From: Sporopachydermia quercuum
Lineage: Eukaryota
Direction: 5' to 3'
NCBI GenBank assembly: GCA_001599295.1
Contig: BCGN01000008.1
Span: 1,240,001-1,300,220 of the forward strand
Length of the DNA: 60,220 bases
Shown here: positions 47,270 through 58,632 of the stretch, piece by piece
Layout of the letters: each line of letters opens with the position of its first letter
How positions within the stretch are numbered: the first letter of the stretch is position 1
Program-made: the position numbers and the translations under genes
Notes under the pieces: model-generated
What the model was told of the DNA's origin: nothing
What the model saw: only the letters and a program-made list of their open reading frames with translations
Databases searched by the model: none

Positions 47270-48496
47270 ATGTTGATCAGACTTCATACCATACTAACCG
47301 TCGTGTTAGTATGTATTACCACGGTATTTTCAGCTCAAGTAACAGTAGACGTTACTGTTGTTAATACTAGAACTATTTGGCAAACATATACTGAGTGGGT
47401 GACACGTACTCGTTGGCATACTGTTCAATCTACAATATTTCTTCCATATAGACCTACTTCAACGTCTACACGAGCCACACCAACTACTACTTCTACACGA
47501 GCCACACCAACTACTACTTCTACACGAGCCACACCAACTACTACTTCTACAAGAACCACACCAACTACAACGTCTACACGAACCACACCAACTACTACTT
47601 CTACACGAACCACATCCACCACTACATCGACAAGCTCATCTACTACTAATCCTTACCCTGCATATCCAACTTCTGATGTTGGTACAATCAGTAAAAGGCC
47701 GGAATATATTGTATATTCCCCGTACAATCCCGATTTCACCTGTAAAGACTATGACACCGTTTATAGTGATTTAATTTTGATTAAATCTAGAGGAATTTAC
47801 AAAATACGTATGTATGGTACCGATTGTAATTCAATCCATACTGTGCAACCAGCTGCAGAAATTCTTGGGATCAAGATCATGCAAGGTTTTTGGATTTCTC
47901 CTGATGGGGTGGATTCCATTGACTCTGGTGTTCAGGAATTAATCAATTATGTGAAGCAGGAATCCACTGCCAAATGGTCATTATATCCATTGATTCTTGT
48001 GGGAAATGAAGCCGTTTACGCAGGATATGCTACAGCAGATCAAATGGTTTCTAAGATAAAATCTGTTAAGGCATTGTTACGTGCAGCTGGATATACTGGT
48101 CCTGTTACCACGGCTGAACCACCAAATATTTATCAAGAAAACCCCAAACTTTGCTTAAACTCAGGTATGGATGTCGTTGGTTTGAATTCTCATCCTTACT
48201 TTGATCCTTATAGTACACCATCACAAGCTGGTCAATTTACATTATCTCAAATTGCAGCTGGTAAAGCGGCTTGCAATAATATGGACATTGTAATTGTTGA
48301 GACTGGATATCCAACAAGAGGCAAGGCCAATGGAAATCAAGTTCCAAGTCCTCAGAACCAGAAAATCGTCATCCAAGGTATTCTAGATACCGCTGGTACT
48401 AATCTTGTTATTTTAACGACATTTGATGATTACTGGAAAGATCCTGGTCCATATGGCATTGAACAATCATTTGGTGCTATTCAACTATGGTCATAG
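47270..48496 (+). CDS. Secreted GH17 cell-wall glucanase/transglucosylase (Scw4/Scw10/Scw11-like)
   Basis: Signal peptide, Thr-rich stalk, IVYSPY, IRMYGTDC, VGNEAV and VETGYPT catalytic Glu motifs, WKDPGPYGIEQSFG. Confidence 0.92.
   Translation: MLIRLHTILTVVLVCITTVFSAQVTVDVTVVNTRTIWQTYTEWVTRTRWHTVQSTIFLPYRPTSTSTRATPTTTSTRATPTTTSTRATPTTTSTRTTPTTTSTRTTPTTTSTRTTSTTTSTSSSTTNPYPAYPTSDVGTISKRPEYIVYSPYNPDFTCKDYDTVYSDLILIKSRGIYKIRMYGTDCNSIHTVQPAAEILGIKIMQGFWISPDGVDSIDSGVQELINYVKQESTAKWSLYPLILVGNEAVYAGYATADQMVSKIKSVKALLRAAGYTGPVTTAEPPNIYQENPKLCLNSGMDVVGLNSHPYFDPYSTPSQAGQFTLSQIAAGKAACNNMDIVIVETGYPTRGKANGNQVPSPQNQKIVIQGILDTAGTNLVILTTFDDYWKDPGPYGIEQSFGAIQLWS
47465..47626 (+). repeat. Coding minisatellite, 6 x 27 bp (STR[A/T]TPTTT)
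   Basis: TCTACACGAGCCACACCAACTACTACT three times exactly, followed by three variant copies. Confidence 0.9.
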
Positions 48497-49323
48497 TATT
48501 GAATGGTGCTATATGCAACAATGCCATTATTTTGGTAATGTGATATTGCCGAAACCTTGCTTTTAAGGTTGATTTACACTTATTCCCTAAAACTAATCAA
48601 AATGTAGTTATCAGAAATGCACCAGATACCCGGGAATTCCATAACTTGCAGAAATCAGAGCTGCTGTGGACTACTAATGGTTATTGAAGTTATTGAATCT
48701 AGTTAAAACCTTTAATTGTACCTTTCATTGGACACTAGAGTCAGTTGTATAATAGACAATAGACTAATACTTCTTATATAGATAAAGAAAGTTTTATTGT
48801 TTTCTCAGAATCGTTAATTTCCAGTAACTAACTATACTACGACTGAATAGTCTTTGATAAGAAGTTTTACTCCATTAAGAGTAACAGTAGCATATGCACA
48901 TCTTAATTCTGCTAAATACAAATAACAATTAACGAGCATAACTTCAATTTTTTATTGATACTGCATAGGAAAAGATATATGATTCTTCTACTAAGCCCAG
49001 AAGAGACCTCAAGACTTTTTAGAGTGTATTGGAACATTGACATTTGAATTATTAAATAATATTTTTCATGCATCCTGTTTTCTGCTTATACAATTCTTCC
49101 GATTAAAAAGAACTATACTAATACATTAAGGGTTCGAAAAATTCTCTGAGCTACCTAATAAGGCGGAGGATGTCCCATTTATTTGATATCTCTGTAAACT
49201 ATTACTCACTATGAATCTTATCCGTTTTATTTCACCATTTTATGGGCTTAAATTAAATTTTATTGAATACTCCTTAAATATGTATCTACAAAAGAAATTC
49301 CCGGATTGAACATCAATCTATAC

Positions 49324-50913
49324 CTATAAAGAGATTGTCGTTTCAACTTCCACTGATCGTTTGGAGTCATGCAAAACATCCTCTTCCTTACTTTCTTCTT
49401 CATTTTGTACTTCTTTAGGGGGTACGCTTTTCCAAAATCCAGTTTCACGGCGAAGACTTTGGATATACATAATACCTGCCGCAACAAAAACTCCAACTGC
49501 TACCAGAACTGTAGAGGCAATATTACCTGGAGTAACGAAAGGTTGCTTATTTGTAGGAAACATAACAATAGGTGTCCAAGCTAAGAAGGAATATGCCACG
49601 GAGTTCATCATAGTAGAGACAAAGGCTCTCTTCACTGGTTCACCTAATAATGATTCATTTACCCAAGTCCATACCAAAGCAGCTGTACCACCCTCTAAAC
49701 CAAGCAAATAATATAATGTCCATCTTCCAGCCCTATTAGCAGGGTGTACTGGTACCAATACTAAGCCCAACATTACACCAAACATACCTGTCCAAACAGC
49801 AATAACAACAGGGCCTCTACTGCCCTTTAGCAGATTATCAGAAATATAACAATATATGACTGTTGTCAAAATCTGAATACCATACTTTGCTGTAGGGTAA
49901 ACGTTGATTTGGTAAACTGAAAACTCCGTGTGGTCCGTAGTATTGTAGGACTTGAACCAGAAAGGCATTTGCTGACCAACTTGAGAGGCAATACATTGTA
50001 AAGAAAATAACAAAGAGAATGAATAAATTTGCCAAGTTTGAAACCAACTGAAAACATCTTTCCATTTGTAAGTTACATGAAGTTTTGATTCAATGGGAAC
50101 TCTTTTCCTGGCAAGTTTTATCTCCTTTTCTGTAAATACCCAATTAGGCCTTTGCATTCTTGGGACATCTGGTAACAGGAAGAAAGCAATTACAGCCAAA
50201 GGTAGAGAAATGATACCATCTATGATAAATAACCATCTCCAGCCTGATCTACCTGAAACACCATCAAGACCAGTGTAAGCAGCTGCTTGTAAATAACCAC
50301 TGAACATTGGACCAACAGCAGTGCAGAATTGAATTATTCCAGCTCTTTTTGACATTTCAGATTTGGTATACCAAGAAGCGGTAATGTAGATAATACCGGG
50401 GAAGTGGCCACTTTCAATTAAACCAACTAAAAATCTTAAACCATATAAAGTAGACATGTTTTGAGTACCAGCAGTGCAGAAAGTAAGAACAGACCAGATC
50501 ACCTCTAGAATTGGTAGCCAAATATGAGGTCGAACTTTTGTCAAGATAATATTTGATGGAATTTGACCAATAATATATCCAACACTCCATAAAGTATTAG
50601 CATAATTTAATTCATTGCCATACATGCTCATTTCCTCCTTCATTCCAGAAACGAACGCATTATTAATATTTGCTTGATCTAAATATCTCAAAAACACACC
50701 AACGCATCCTGTGAACAGTAAAGTGGCATCCAATTTAAACAAGAACCATCTTTCATCTTTTGGTTTATCCAAAGTATCCCAAATGTGACCTTTCCAAGTT
50801 CTAGGTGGTTCAACATAGATTGATTCAATATCAGAATCGCTCTGAGAAGAAGAATCATTGGAATCTTCCAACTTCGAATCAACTAGAGTGTCTTTCTTAA
50901 AATTGAACAACAT
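49324..50913 (-). CDS. MFS anion:cation symporter, allantoate-permease (Dal5) family, Seo1/Fen2-like
   Basis: FKLDATL...RYLDQANINNAFVSGMKEE, IGQIPSN, RFLVGLIES, WYTKSEMSKR, LDGVSGRSGWRWLFIIDGIISLP. Confidence 0.9.
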   Translation of the reverse strand: MLFNFKKDTLVDSKLEDSNDSSSQSDSDIESIYVEPPRTWKGHIWDTLDKPKDERWFLFKLDATLLFTGCVGVFLRYLDQANINNAFVSGMKEEMSMYGNELNYANTLWSVGYIIGQIPSNIILTKVRPHIWLPILEVIWSVLTFCTAGTQNMSTLYGLRFLVGLIESGHFPGIIYITASWYTKSEMSKRAGIIQFCTAVGPMFSGYLQAAAYTGLDGVSGRSGWRWLFIIDGIISLPLAVIAFFLLPDVPRMQRPNWVFTEKEIKLARKRVPIESKLHVTYKWKDVFSWFQTWQIYSFSLLFSLQCIASQVGQQMPFWFKSYNTTDHTEFSVYQINVYPTAKYGIQILTTVIYCYISDNLLKGSRGPVVIAVWTGMFGVMLGLVLVPVHPANRAGRWTLYYLLGLEGGTAALVWTWVNESLLGEPVKRAFVSTMMNSVAYSFLAWTPIVMFPTNKQPFVTPGNIASTVLVAVGVFVAAGIMYIQSLRRETGFWKSVPPKEVQNEEESKEEDVLHDSKRSVEVETTISL

Positions 50914-53900
50914 CGCAACTAAATTTCGGTTGTAAATAGCACTACCAAGATTCTCTTTCGTAATTCGAAAGCTTGTTTTTGCATAAGCGAATCCAATATT
51001 TGGTTGAAATCATTATTCCTTAAATCAGTTTGCCAAGAGAGAGAAATCAATACTAATTTATAATCCAAGCTTTCTTATGAGTTCTTGGTATCGAAAATTT
51101 TGTTTCTTAGAGAAATCATACTGGGATCAAGAATTCAGAGGACTCGTTTCATATATCAAATTACAAGACGAAATGACGCATTAGGTAAGATAAATTTGCA
51201 AACCCCGGAATATTATTGTTCATAATCTTAAACCCTTTCATCAAAGAATTCAAAATAATATTTTCAAAGTAAGTGCAATTGGGATCATTGAACTGTTTAT
51301 TCTTACGAGAAGGATACGGTGCGAAAAGAATATGCCTCTTTCAGACAAGAAAAAATGTAAGGTTTATAGTTTAGCGGGAAAGGAAAAAAATCATTAGAGT
51401 TAAGTTTGATCTCAGATAATAAGCTTCAATGTTAAGGTAAAACCCATTTCTTATTTCTTATGTCTATCTAATTGATGACAAATAATCTGATTAGACTAAG
51501 AACACACATCCAGCTGTATCAAAGTCAAGTGGAATTAATGAATTAGGTAAAGCTATGAAAGTGGTTTATATAAAATTGGTAGTATAAACCAATGAAATGT
51601 GACATAGTTTCCCTGTACCGTTATAAATGACAATGCTTCGATGATACTGATAGATGTGTGATACCAAGAATATCAAAGGGATATGAGATAAATGAAACAG
51701 ACGGATATAATATTGTTAGCGCAATAACGTTTAAAATTGCTAAAGTGATAATAAAAGACTAATACGGTAAAACTAAGGAAATAATAAGATGAAAAAATGA
51801 TTGATTGGGGCATCACTGTTCTTAAATGACCTATACATATATCTCCATACATTTCTTTTATTGCATCAATCATGAATCATGATATCCTCCATGATCGTTC
51901 GTTCATTAATCCTTGGTTATTCATAAGTATCCACTAATTATTAGTACTTGATTCTCAAATGATGAAATAAACAAATAATTCTAACAATAGTATTTTGGTA
52001 GTATAGTAAAATTTTCCATTCCTCGATTGAATTCTCTCTTTCATCTGCAAGTTGGTTAACTTTAACGAAACTTTATTCCCTTTCCGGTAATTATTGATAT
52101 GCTAACTATAGTTTGCACTTCTACCTGTCGCTAAAAGAAAGATAACTACCTATATCAGATAATCTATCCAATCAATAAATTTTTCATTATGTATATATTG
52201 CTACTTGAATTAACTGGTTATTGTACCAAAGTCATACCCAACTCATGAAAACAAATAAAACTGCTAGTTAATCATATGAATCATGAAGCTCATCAACAAA
52301 ACAAATTTGACGCAATTTGCACGGAATATTTAACATTTCCAAGTTCAGATGATGTGATATTAGCAAGATTACTTGATTGGGAAGTAAGGTTTATCACTAA
52401 CTCTCTAACAAGCACGAATTATAAAACGCCAGAACTTTATGAGTTTGTTTTACATTGATTTATTTTTCATCTCTATTGCAAGGTGTGTGCAGACCAATGA
52501 TAGCAGAATTAATATTACCATTAAAAATTGGAAGTTTTACGATTGTGTTTGTTGAAATAGTTTTTAAAGAAATGAGAGAAATTTATTGGGGCTGATGGCA
52601 GCCTTTATTGTCTTTCTGTATTAATCTTATAGTCTTCACAGTACAACAAGGACAAGAATTATCGCGTGAAAAGAAGTCTCAAGATCCTTTCAAAAGGTGA
52701 AACTTTCAAAAGTATAGTAATTCTCATATTATATTGTATGAAGTAGTTAAAAAATCAACTAATGGGGTGAATAAGTTTCGAATGATTCTGGGAATGATCC
52801 ATCCACTCAGGTTAACTAGCATCACTAGTGGAACTGATTTGGTTGATAGTTAATGTCAGCATTGGTAAGAAGAGGACAAAATACTGTCAAGGACCTGTTA
52901 AGGGCCAGTCAAAAACAATCGTTATCGCTATCCCTTAAAACTGCTTCAATAAGAAATGATGCGAAAACCCTAATTCTCTTTTCTTTATTTTTTAGGTGTG
53001 CAGATGAAAAATAACCAAATTAAACCATAAAAGAAGTAAACTTCTACTCATATTGCGAATCACAATTGGCCGTTTAGCCTGTTCTGTTGAAAGGTAAAAT
53101 CAAATAGAAAGATGGAAATTAGTAATGAAAAAATGCTTACATAGAGTAAGTTTATTTCTGTTGATCGCTAATTAGCAAAAATTACAGCAAACGTGTTTAG
53201 TCTGCTGATTTACTTTCCTTTCGAAATAATAGCGACGGAATATGATCTCCCTAAGTGAAGGACCTTCCTCTTGATGCATCAGAGAGGATCATCCTTTTCG
53301 TAAGATTTAGCTGAGAAAGGATAATTCTCTACTTTGAAGACAGATTTGGAATAGAATACCTTCTTTCTGTTGTAATCAAATGAAAATGCTAATAAGTTCG
53401 TACCATGTCCCTTAGCTCAATATCACTCCACTTGAATTTCTCGATCCTTCTTTTCCCGTATGGTTATTAAAATTCCTAGCATAAAAAACAAACAAGCAGA
53501 CGAGCTCAATAAGCATCAGACTAAATTCCAAGAAGTACAGTAGCGATCGGTTTTTCATATACTCCTTCACATGTTATCAAATCTGACTTGGTGCAATACT
53601 GCTATTTGAGCATTTGCCCGCAAGATCTCCAGTCTCTGTGCATCATTAGTCTCTAGTCAATGCTTACTGATTTTGATAAACTACCGTTTCTTAAGCTATC
53701 TGAAGACATAATGAAATTAAATCATAAATTGTTTCCTCATGTTGAAATTGGGAAGGTTTTAATCTTGATGAGATACCTATATTTAAATTTAAGGTTCTTA
53801 CTGACATTAAATTCTTAATCTATAGCACAATTGCTGGCAATTTTTATCAATTATTATCTCATCACATCTTACTAATATATATTTTGAAACTGATTCTTGA

Positions 53901-54215
53901 AAATTGTAAGCTTTTAAAATTTTACCACAATTATTTTGAAGCTACTTTGTTGCTTTTAGAAGGGTTGTATATATAGATAGCTTCTCACGTTTCCCATCTT
54001 ACCAGCGATTTAAAGAATGATTTAATCATTTTGTCTGAGGATAGATAGAAACCACCAACTATTAACTATCAAACATCAGCGAGGTGATAAAAAAATAATA
54101 AAACTAAGCAATATAACCATTGTTACTACTACTATAATCACATTAGGTGGTTCTTTTACTACTCAATCGGAAACGAATTCTATTCCCTGAACAATTACCT
54201 AAACGTGGAATCAAA

Positions 54216-55415
54216 ATGGCCCCCAGCACTATAGTTGAACAACCTCAAACAATTAACGAGTTTGAGAAGCTTGTTATTTCAACTAAACCCAAGGTAGCTT
54301 TAGGTAAGGAGGCATCTTTCATCGAAAGGATTCCTCCTAACACTAGAAGAAGATTGGAAAATCATAACATTGATCTTTCGCAGGGATATCCTTCCAGAAA
54401 AGATACTATTCCCGTATTCTTAGATGAAGCATACGCTATAAGAAATGAAGATTATCCATACATTGAAAGAGGAAAAAATGCCGATCCAGAGAAGAAAGCT
54501 CTGCTTGGCGCAGCAAAAGAGGTGATTGATCTTACCCCTCATATCGGAACAGAGATTGTTGGATTGCAACTTGCAGATTTAACCGTTCAACAAAAAGACG
54601 AGCTGGCTCTCTTGATTGCTGAACGGACTGTTGTCTTTTTCAGAGACCAGAATCTCTCTCCTCAGAAGCAGTTGGAGCTTGGTCAGTACTTTGGTCAAGT
54701 CGAGGTCCATGCTCAAGTGCCTTTTGTTCCTGGTGTGCCTGGTGCAACTGTAATCTGGCCAGAATACGCCCAAACTAAGGATGGACTAAAAGTCAGTTAT
54801 AGAAAGCAAGGTGGTACTGCAGTATGGCATACTGATTTGGTTCATGAGCATCAACCAGCTGGGATTACACATTATCATTTGGATCAAATTCCTGATGTTG
54901 GTGGTGATACTGTTTGGGCATCAGGTTATGCTGCCTATGATAAGTTATCACCAGCTTTCCAAAAATTCTTAGACGGGAAGACTGCTATCTACAATTCAGC
55001 TCACGGATATATTGATAGAGATGATCCTTTATCTGGTCCAAAAAATATTGAACGAGAACATAAACTTGTGAGAACTCACCCAGCTACTGGCTGGAAATCT
55101 CTGTTTGTTAACCGAGCCATGACAAGACGAATAGTTGGTCTTGAACCTGCTGAAAGTGATTTGATTCTCGAATATTTGTTCAATTTGTTTGAAAACAATC
55201 TTGACTTACAAGTTCGATTCAGTTGGAAACCATCAGACAAGCCAGGTTACGGAACATCTGCTTTATGGGATAATAGAATCTCTCAGCATTTCGCTGTATA
55301 TGATTATGAAGGCAAGGAGCAAAGACATGGTACAAGAGTAACATCATTGGCAGAAGTTCCCTATTTCGATCCCAACTCAAAATCAAGAAGGGAAGCTTTG
55401 GGCTTACCGGCTTAG
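54216..55415 (+). CDS. JLP1: Fe(II)/2-oxoglutarate-dependent sulfonate dioxygenase (TauD/TfdA family)
   Basis: DLTPHIGTEIVGLQL, LALLIAERTVVFFRDQ, WHTDLVHE (HxD), GGDTVWASGYAAYDKLS, VRTHPATGWKSLFVN, WDNRISQH; ATG at 54216. Confidence 0.9.
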   Translation: MAPSTIVEQPQTINEFEKLVISTKPKVALGKEASFIERIPPNTRRRLENHNIDLSQGYPSRKDTIPVFLDEAYAIRNEDYPYIERGKNADPEKKALLGAAKEVIDLTPHIGTEIVGLQLADLTVQQKDELALLIAERTVVFFRDQNLSPQKQLELGQYFGQVEVHAQVPFVPGVPGATVIWPEYAQTKDGLKVSYRKQGGTAVWHTDLVHEHQPAGITHYHLDQIPDVGGDTVWASGYAAYDKLSPAFQKFLDGKTAIYNSAHGYIDRDDPLSGPKNIEREHKLVRTHPATGWKSLFVNRAMTRRIVGLEPAESDLILEYLFNLFENNLDLQVRFSWKPSDKPGYGTSALWDNRISQHFAVYDYEGKEQRHGTRVTSLAEVPYFDPNSKSRREALGLPA

Positions 55416-56749
55416 ATAGGAAGTTGGAGAGGCGTGTTACGTTTATAATTACAACTCTTTCGATAATTGTTTGGAGGTGACTCACAAACACTAAACCCCC
55501 TATCCCTCCCAACCAAGTAAACTCATTTAGAAAAGTCGTGGAAGTTGGTTCAATCACAACTTGCAAACACTTTATCCCTTTATCGTTAGAAGAAGCTACG
55601 CCATAGCTCCCGCATAGGCAGGTATTGATGGGAGAAGCGAACATGATTCCCACGGCAAATCAATAACTAATTATTATTCATTATTCAATTAACAGTAAAC
55701 ATAAGTATAGTATAAATAAAAATAAATCAGGTTTGCATTTTGGTTGCAGATGACAGAATACTCGGTATCAAAGGATTACTTCTTGTGCTATAGAACAGAA
55801 TTTTTTCTTTTTAGCGGCAGGGCAATGTTCTTCGATAACGGTGTATAAATATTTGCGTTACTCAGCTCTGCTGGGGATGTTAAGGTTCTTAGATCTATAT
55901 ACCACATAACCTCTATTTGGTAGTCAAATACGCTATTCAAATCAATCTTAATATTTTTAATGTCTTGCTGAATCAGATATTAGTGACTGAAGAAAGATGA
56001 ATCGATTCTATCAAACGAAATGCAAAGGTGTTTGCCTATATTATCCTCCAGGGAAAGAAAACATTCGAATATACTGAAAGAAAGGTTTTCAGAAACCTGT
56101 TGCAAGGCCAGAAGTATATGTATTTATATATATTTGATCAGTTCAAATAAATGCTACAAATTTTAAATAGAGCATTGATCTGGCGAACAATGATGATTGT
56201 AACATATTTTATGNGATGCCTTTTCAGATCTTGATGCTAAAATAAGTTTAAGTTTGAAAATGTTTAAACCTTATCTACAATTTCAGTCAAGTAAAACTGC
56301 AAGCTAAACTATTTTATTACTAGCTTGCTTTCTATTAATAATAACCATTGACATCCGTGGATAAAGCTGTTGTTCAAATGAATGTACTTCTTATTATTAT
56401 TCTTTATTTCTTTAATTGTTAGCTACTGTTACAAATTTCACTTATATTGTAAGGTAGATTATAGCTGGAAGATAGGTGTTTCGTTAGATATATATCAAGA
56501 TGGAGAAGCATTCAATACTACTTGGAGTAAGTACTTCAAGCAAGGAAAGCAAGAAAACCGTTAATCACGGTAATTTCATTGCGAATAACCTAAATAGATA
56601 TATTGATTCAATTTTTCTAGTTTGTAGCTATCAGATTTGCACTTTTATTCTTATTATTTTAAGTATTGGGTGAGATAACACAGTCTTCAGGTGTTACTCA
56701 TATATATTTGAGGTTGTATTTTGCGGGCGGTTTGCATGCTAGTTGAGTG

Positions 56750-57383
56750 AACATGTACCTACTCTGCATCTACTTATGCTTCATTCATTTCCCATCGCTC
56801 AGAAATTCATTCCTTTCGATGGGTGTTATCCTCCTGGTTCCTACAGTGGTGACAAGAGCGGTGCAATGATTTTTGAAAATGTCCCACTATTGCTGAAACA
56901 TGAACAGCTATGGAAGAGATTTACGGCAAAGGATTAGCCAAGAATATCGGTATCTCCAATTTTAGTGGTACCTGCTGTTGACCTTCTGAGAACTGCCCAG
57001 GGTCAATCCTGCTGTTCTTCAAAAAGACGAACATCAACCTTACCTCACTCAATTAAACTTGATTGGATTCTGACAGACAACGGGATTGTTGTGACTGGTT
57101 ATTCCACATTTGAACTTCAATTATTCATTGCATTGAACTATAGAAGCGCTTTGAATATCCAATCTCTACTGAGCCATGGTTTGATCAAAAGTATAGCTGA
57201 AGAAATTGAACGTAGCCCTGCACAAGTGTTGTTGAGATGGGCTACTCAGCGGAACGTTGCTGTTATTCCCAAATCAAACAGAGAAGACAGATTAAGACAA
57301 AACTTACCATGTACTAATTTAGACCTATATTAAGAACAGATAGGCAAAGTATCCACATTGAATATTAATTATAGATTTAACGA
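56750..57383 (+). pseudogene. Degraded, 5'-truncated aldo-keto reductase (xylose reductase XYL1/GRE3-like) pseudogene
   Basis: Fragments FPIAQKFIPFDGCYPPG, ET*TAMEEIYGKGLAKNIGISNFSG, SPAQVLLRWATQRNVAVIPKSN and LNINYRFN lie in shifting frames; TGA replaces Trp at 56901 and there is a stop at 57331; no N-terminal part found. Confidence 0.88.
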
Positions 57384-58632
57384 GTTATTTCCACTATTGA
57401 CCGAGATATCACTATCTTCCTGTTTTACTCACATACTTTGAAGGTTGCAGTAGTATGTGCACAACTTGCATATAAACATGTATGAACATGTATATACTTT
57501 GCATATACATACATCAAATTGGAAGTTTATTCGACCACTTGATTCTCGCCAGAGTCTTAAATCCATGTGACCATAGTGAATAGTATTTTCATGAAGATAT
57601 GTATCAGATATATTTTCTAATACTAAACAGGCACTTCTACTTAAGAGAAAGATATATAAACATTGGATAAATGAATAACAGTAAGTTCAAGTGGTACGGA
57701 ATCTGTATTAAACGCGTAAGATGATTGATCGTCAACTATTATTAATATAAATAAGTGTATTATTTAATATGAAAACTGGCTGTCTAATGATACTAGTTTC
57801 AAAGCAGACAGTATAGAATAGTTGGTTACTTTATATGTTTTGAAGCAAGTAATTGTTAGGATAGGGGCACTGAGAGTTGCATAAAATTTTGTACAGATAC
57901 TGAATCATTTAGACTTTATGACTTTCATGCACATAGGTTCAGCCTTAACCTAATATTGTAATTAATAACTGATCACACAATCCTAATTATATGTAACTTC
58001 ATGTATTTTCCTGTTTATCCTGCATAAATATGAACTTGAAATATATATTAATGAAATTGTAGATATAAACCTTATTGCGATTGTTTCACTTTACTTGTGT
58101 TCACATGAATTCCACACTGATTGGGTGGGCTCCGAGCTGCAGGCTGACCCCGCTGGATAGTAATTGATTTTTAGTTTATAATTTCGTGCACAGTGATCAG
58201 GATTCTTTAGTTTACTAACTTCAATTCACTAGAGAGTATTACGATCGTACATAACCTATGAATGGTACATCCAAATCTTTGTACATGGTCTTCTTATCGG
58301 TCCATAGATCACCCATCGCTATAATCAGAGTAAGGTTAGTATACTTGTCTATCTTTTTGACCTTTGAGCTACTTTTTTCTTTTCTTTTATTATTCTCCTC
58401 TAAATCAACCGCTTCGCCCAATCTATAAAGATCAATATTCCAAAAACAGAAATATTTATAGAAGACATGCTGTCTACAATCTATGGAAGTCAATATTTCA
58501 ATGATAGATATATACATTTTATATTGTCCCTCCTTAATTACTCAATTGTTGAACGAAACCGACATTGGGTTGCCAGTAACTGAGATTCTGACGAGACAGA
58601 AGGATAGGAACTAAATCGATAAACAACTCAAT

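Noticed and set aside
58239..58517. 92-aa ORF divergent from the terminal orphan (possible immunity partner)
   Set aside because: Largely overlaps promoter-like AT-rich sequence and has no recognisable motif.
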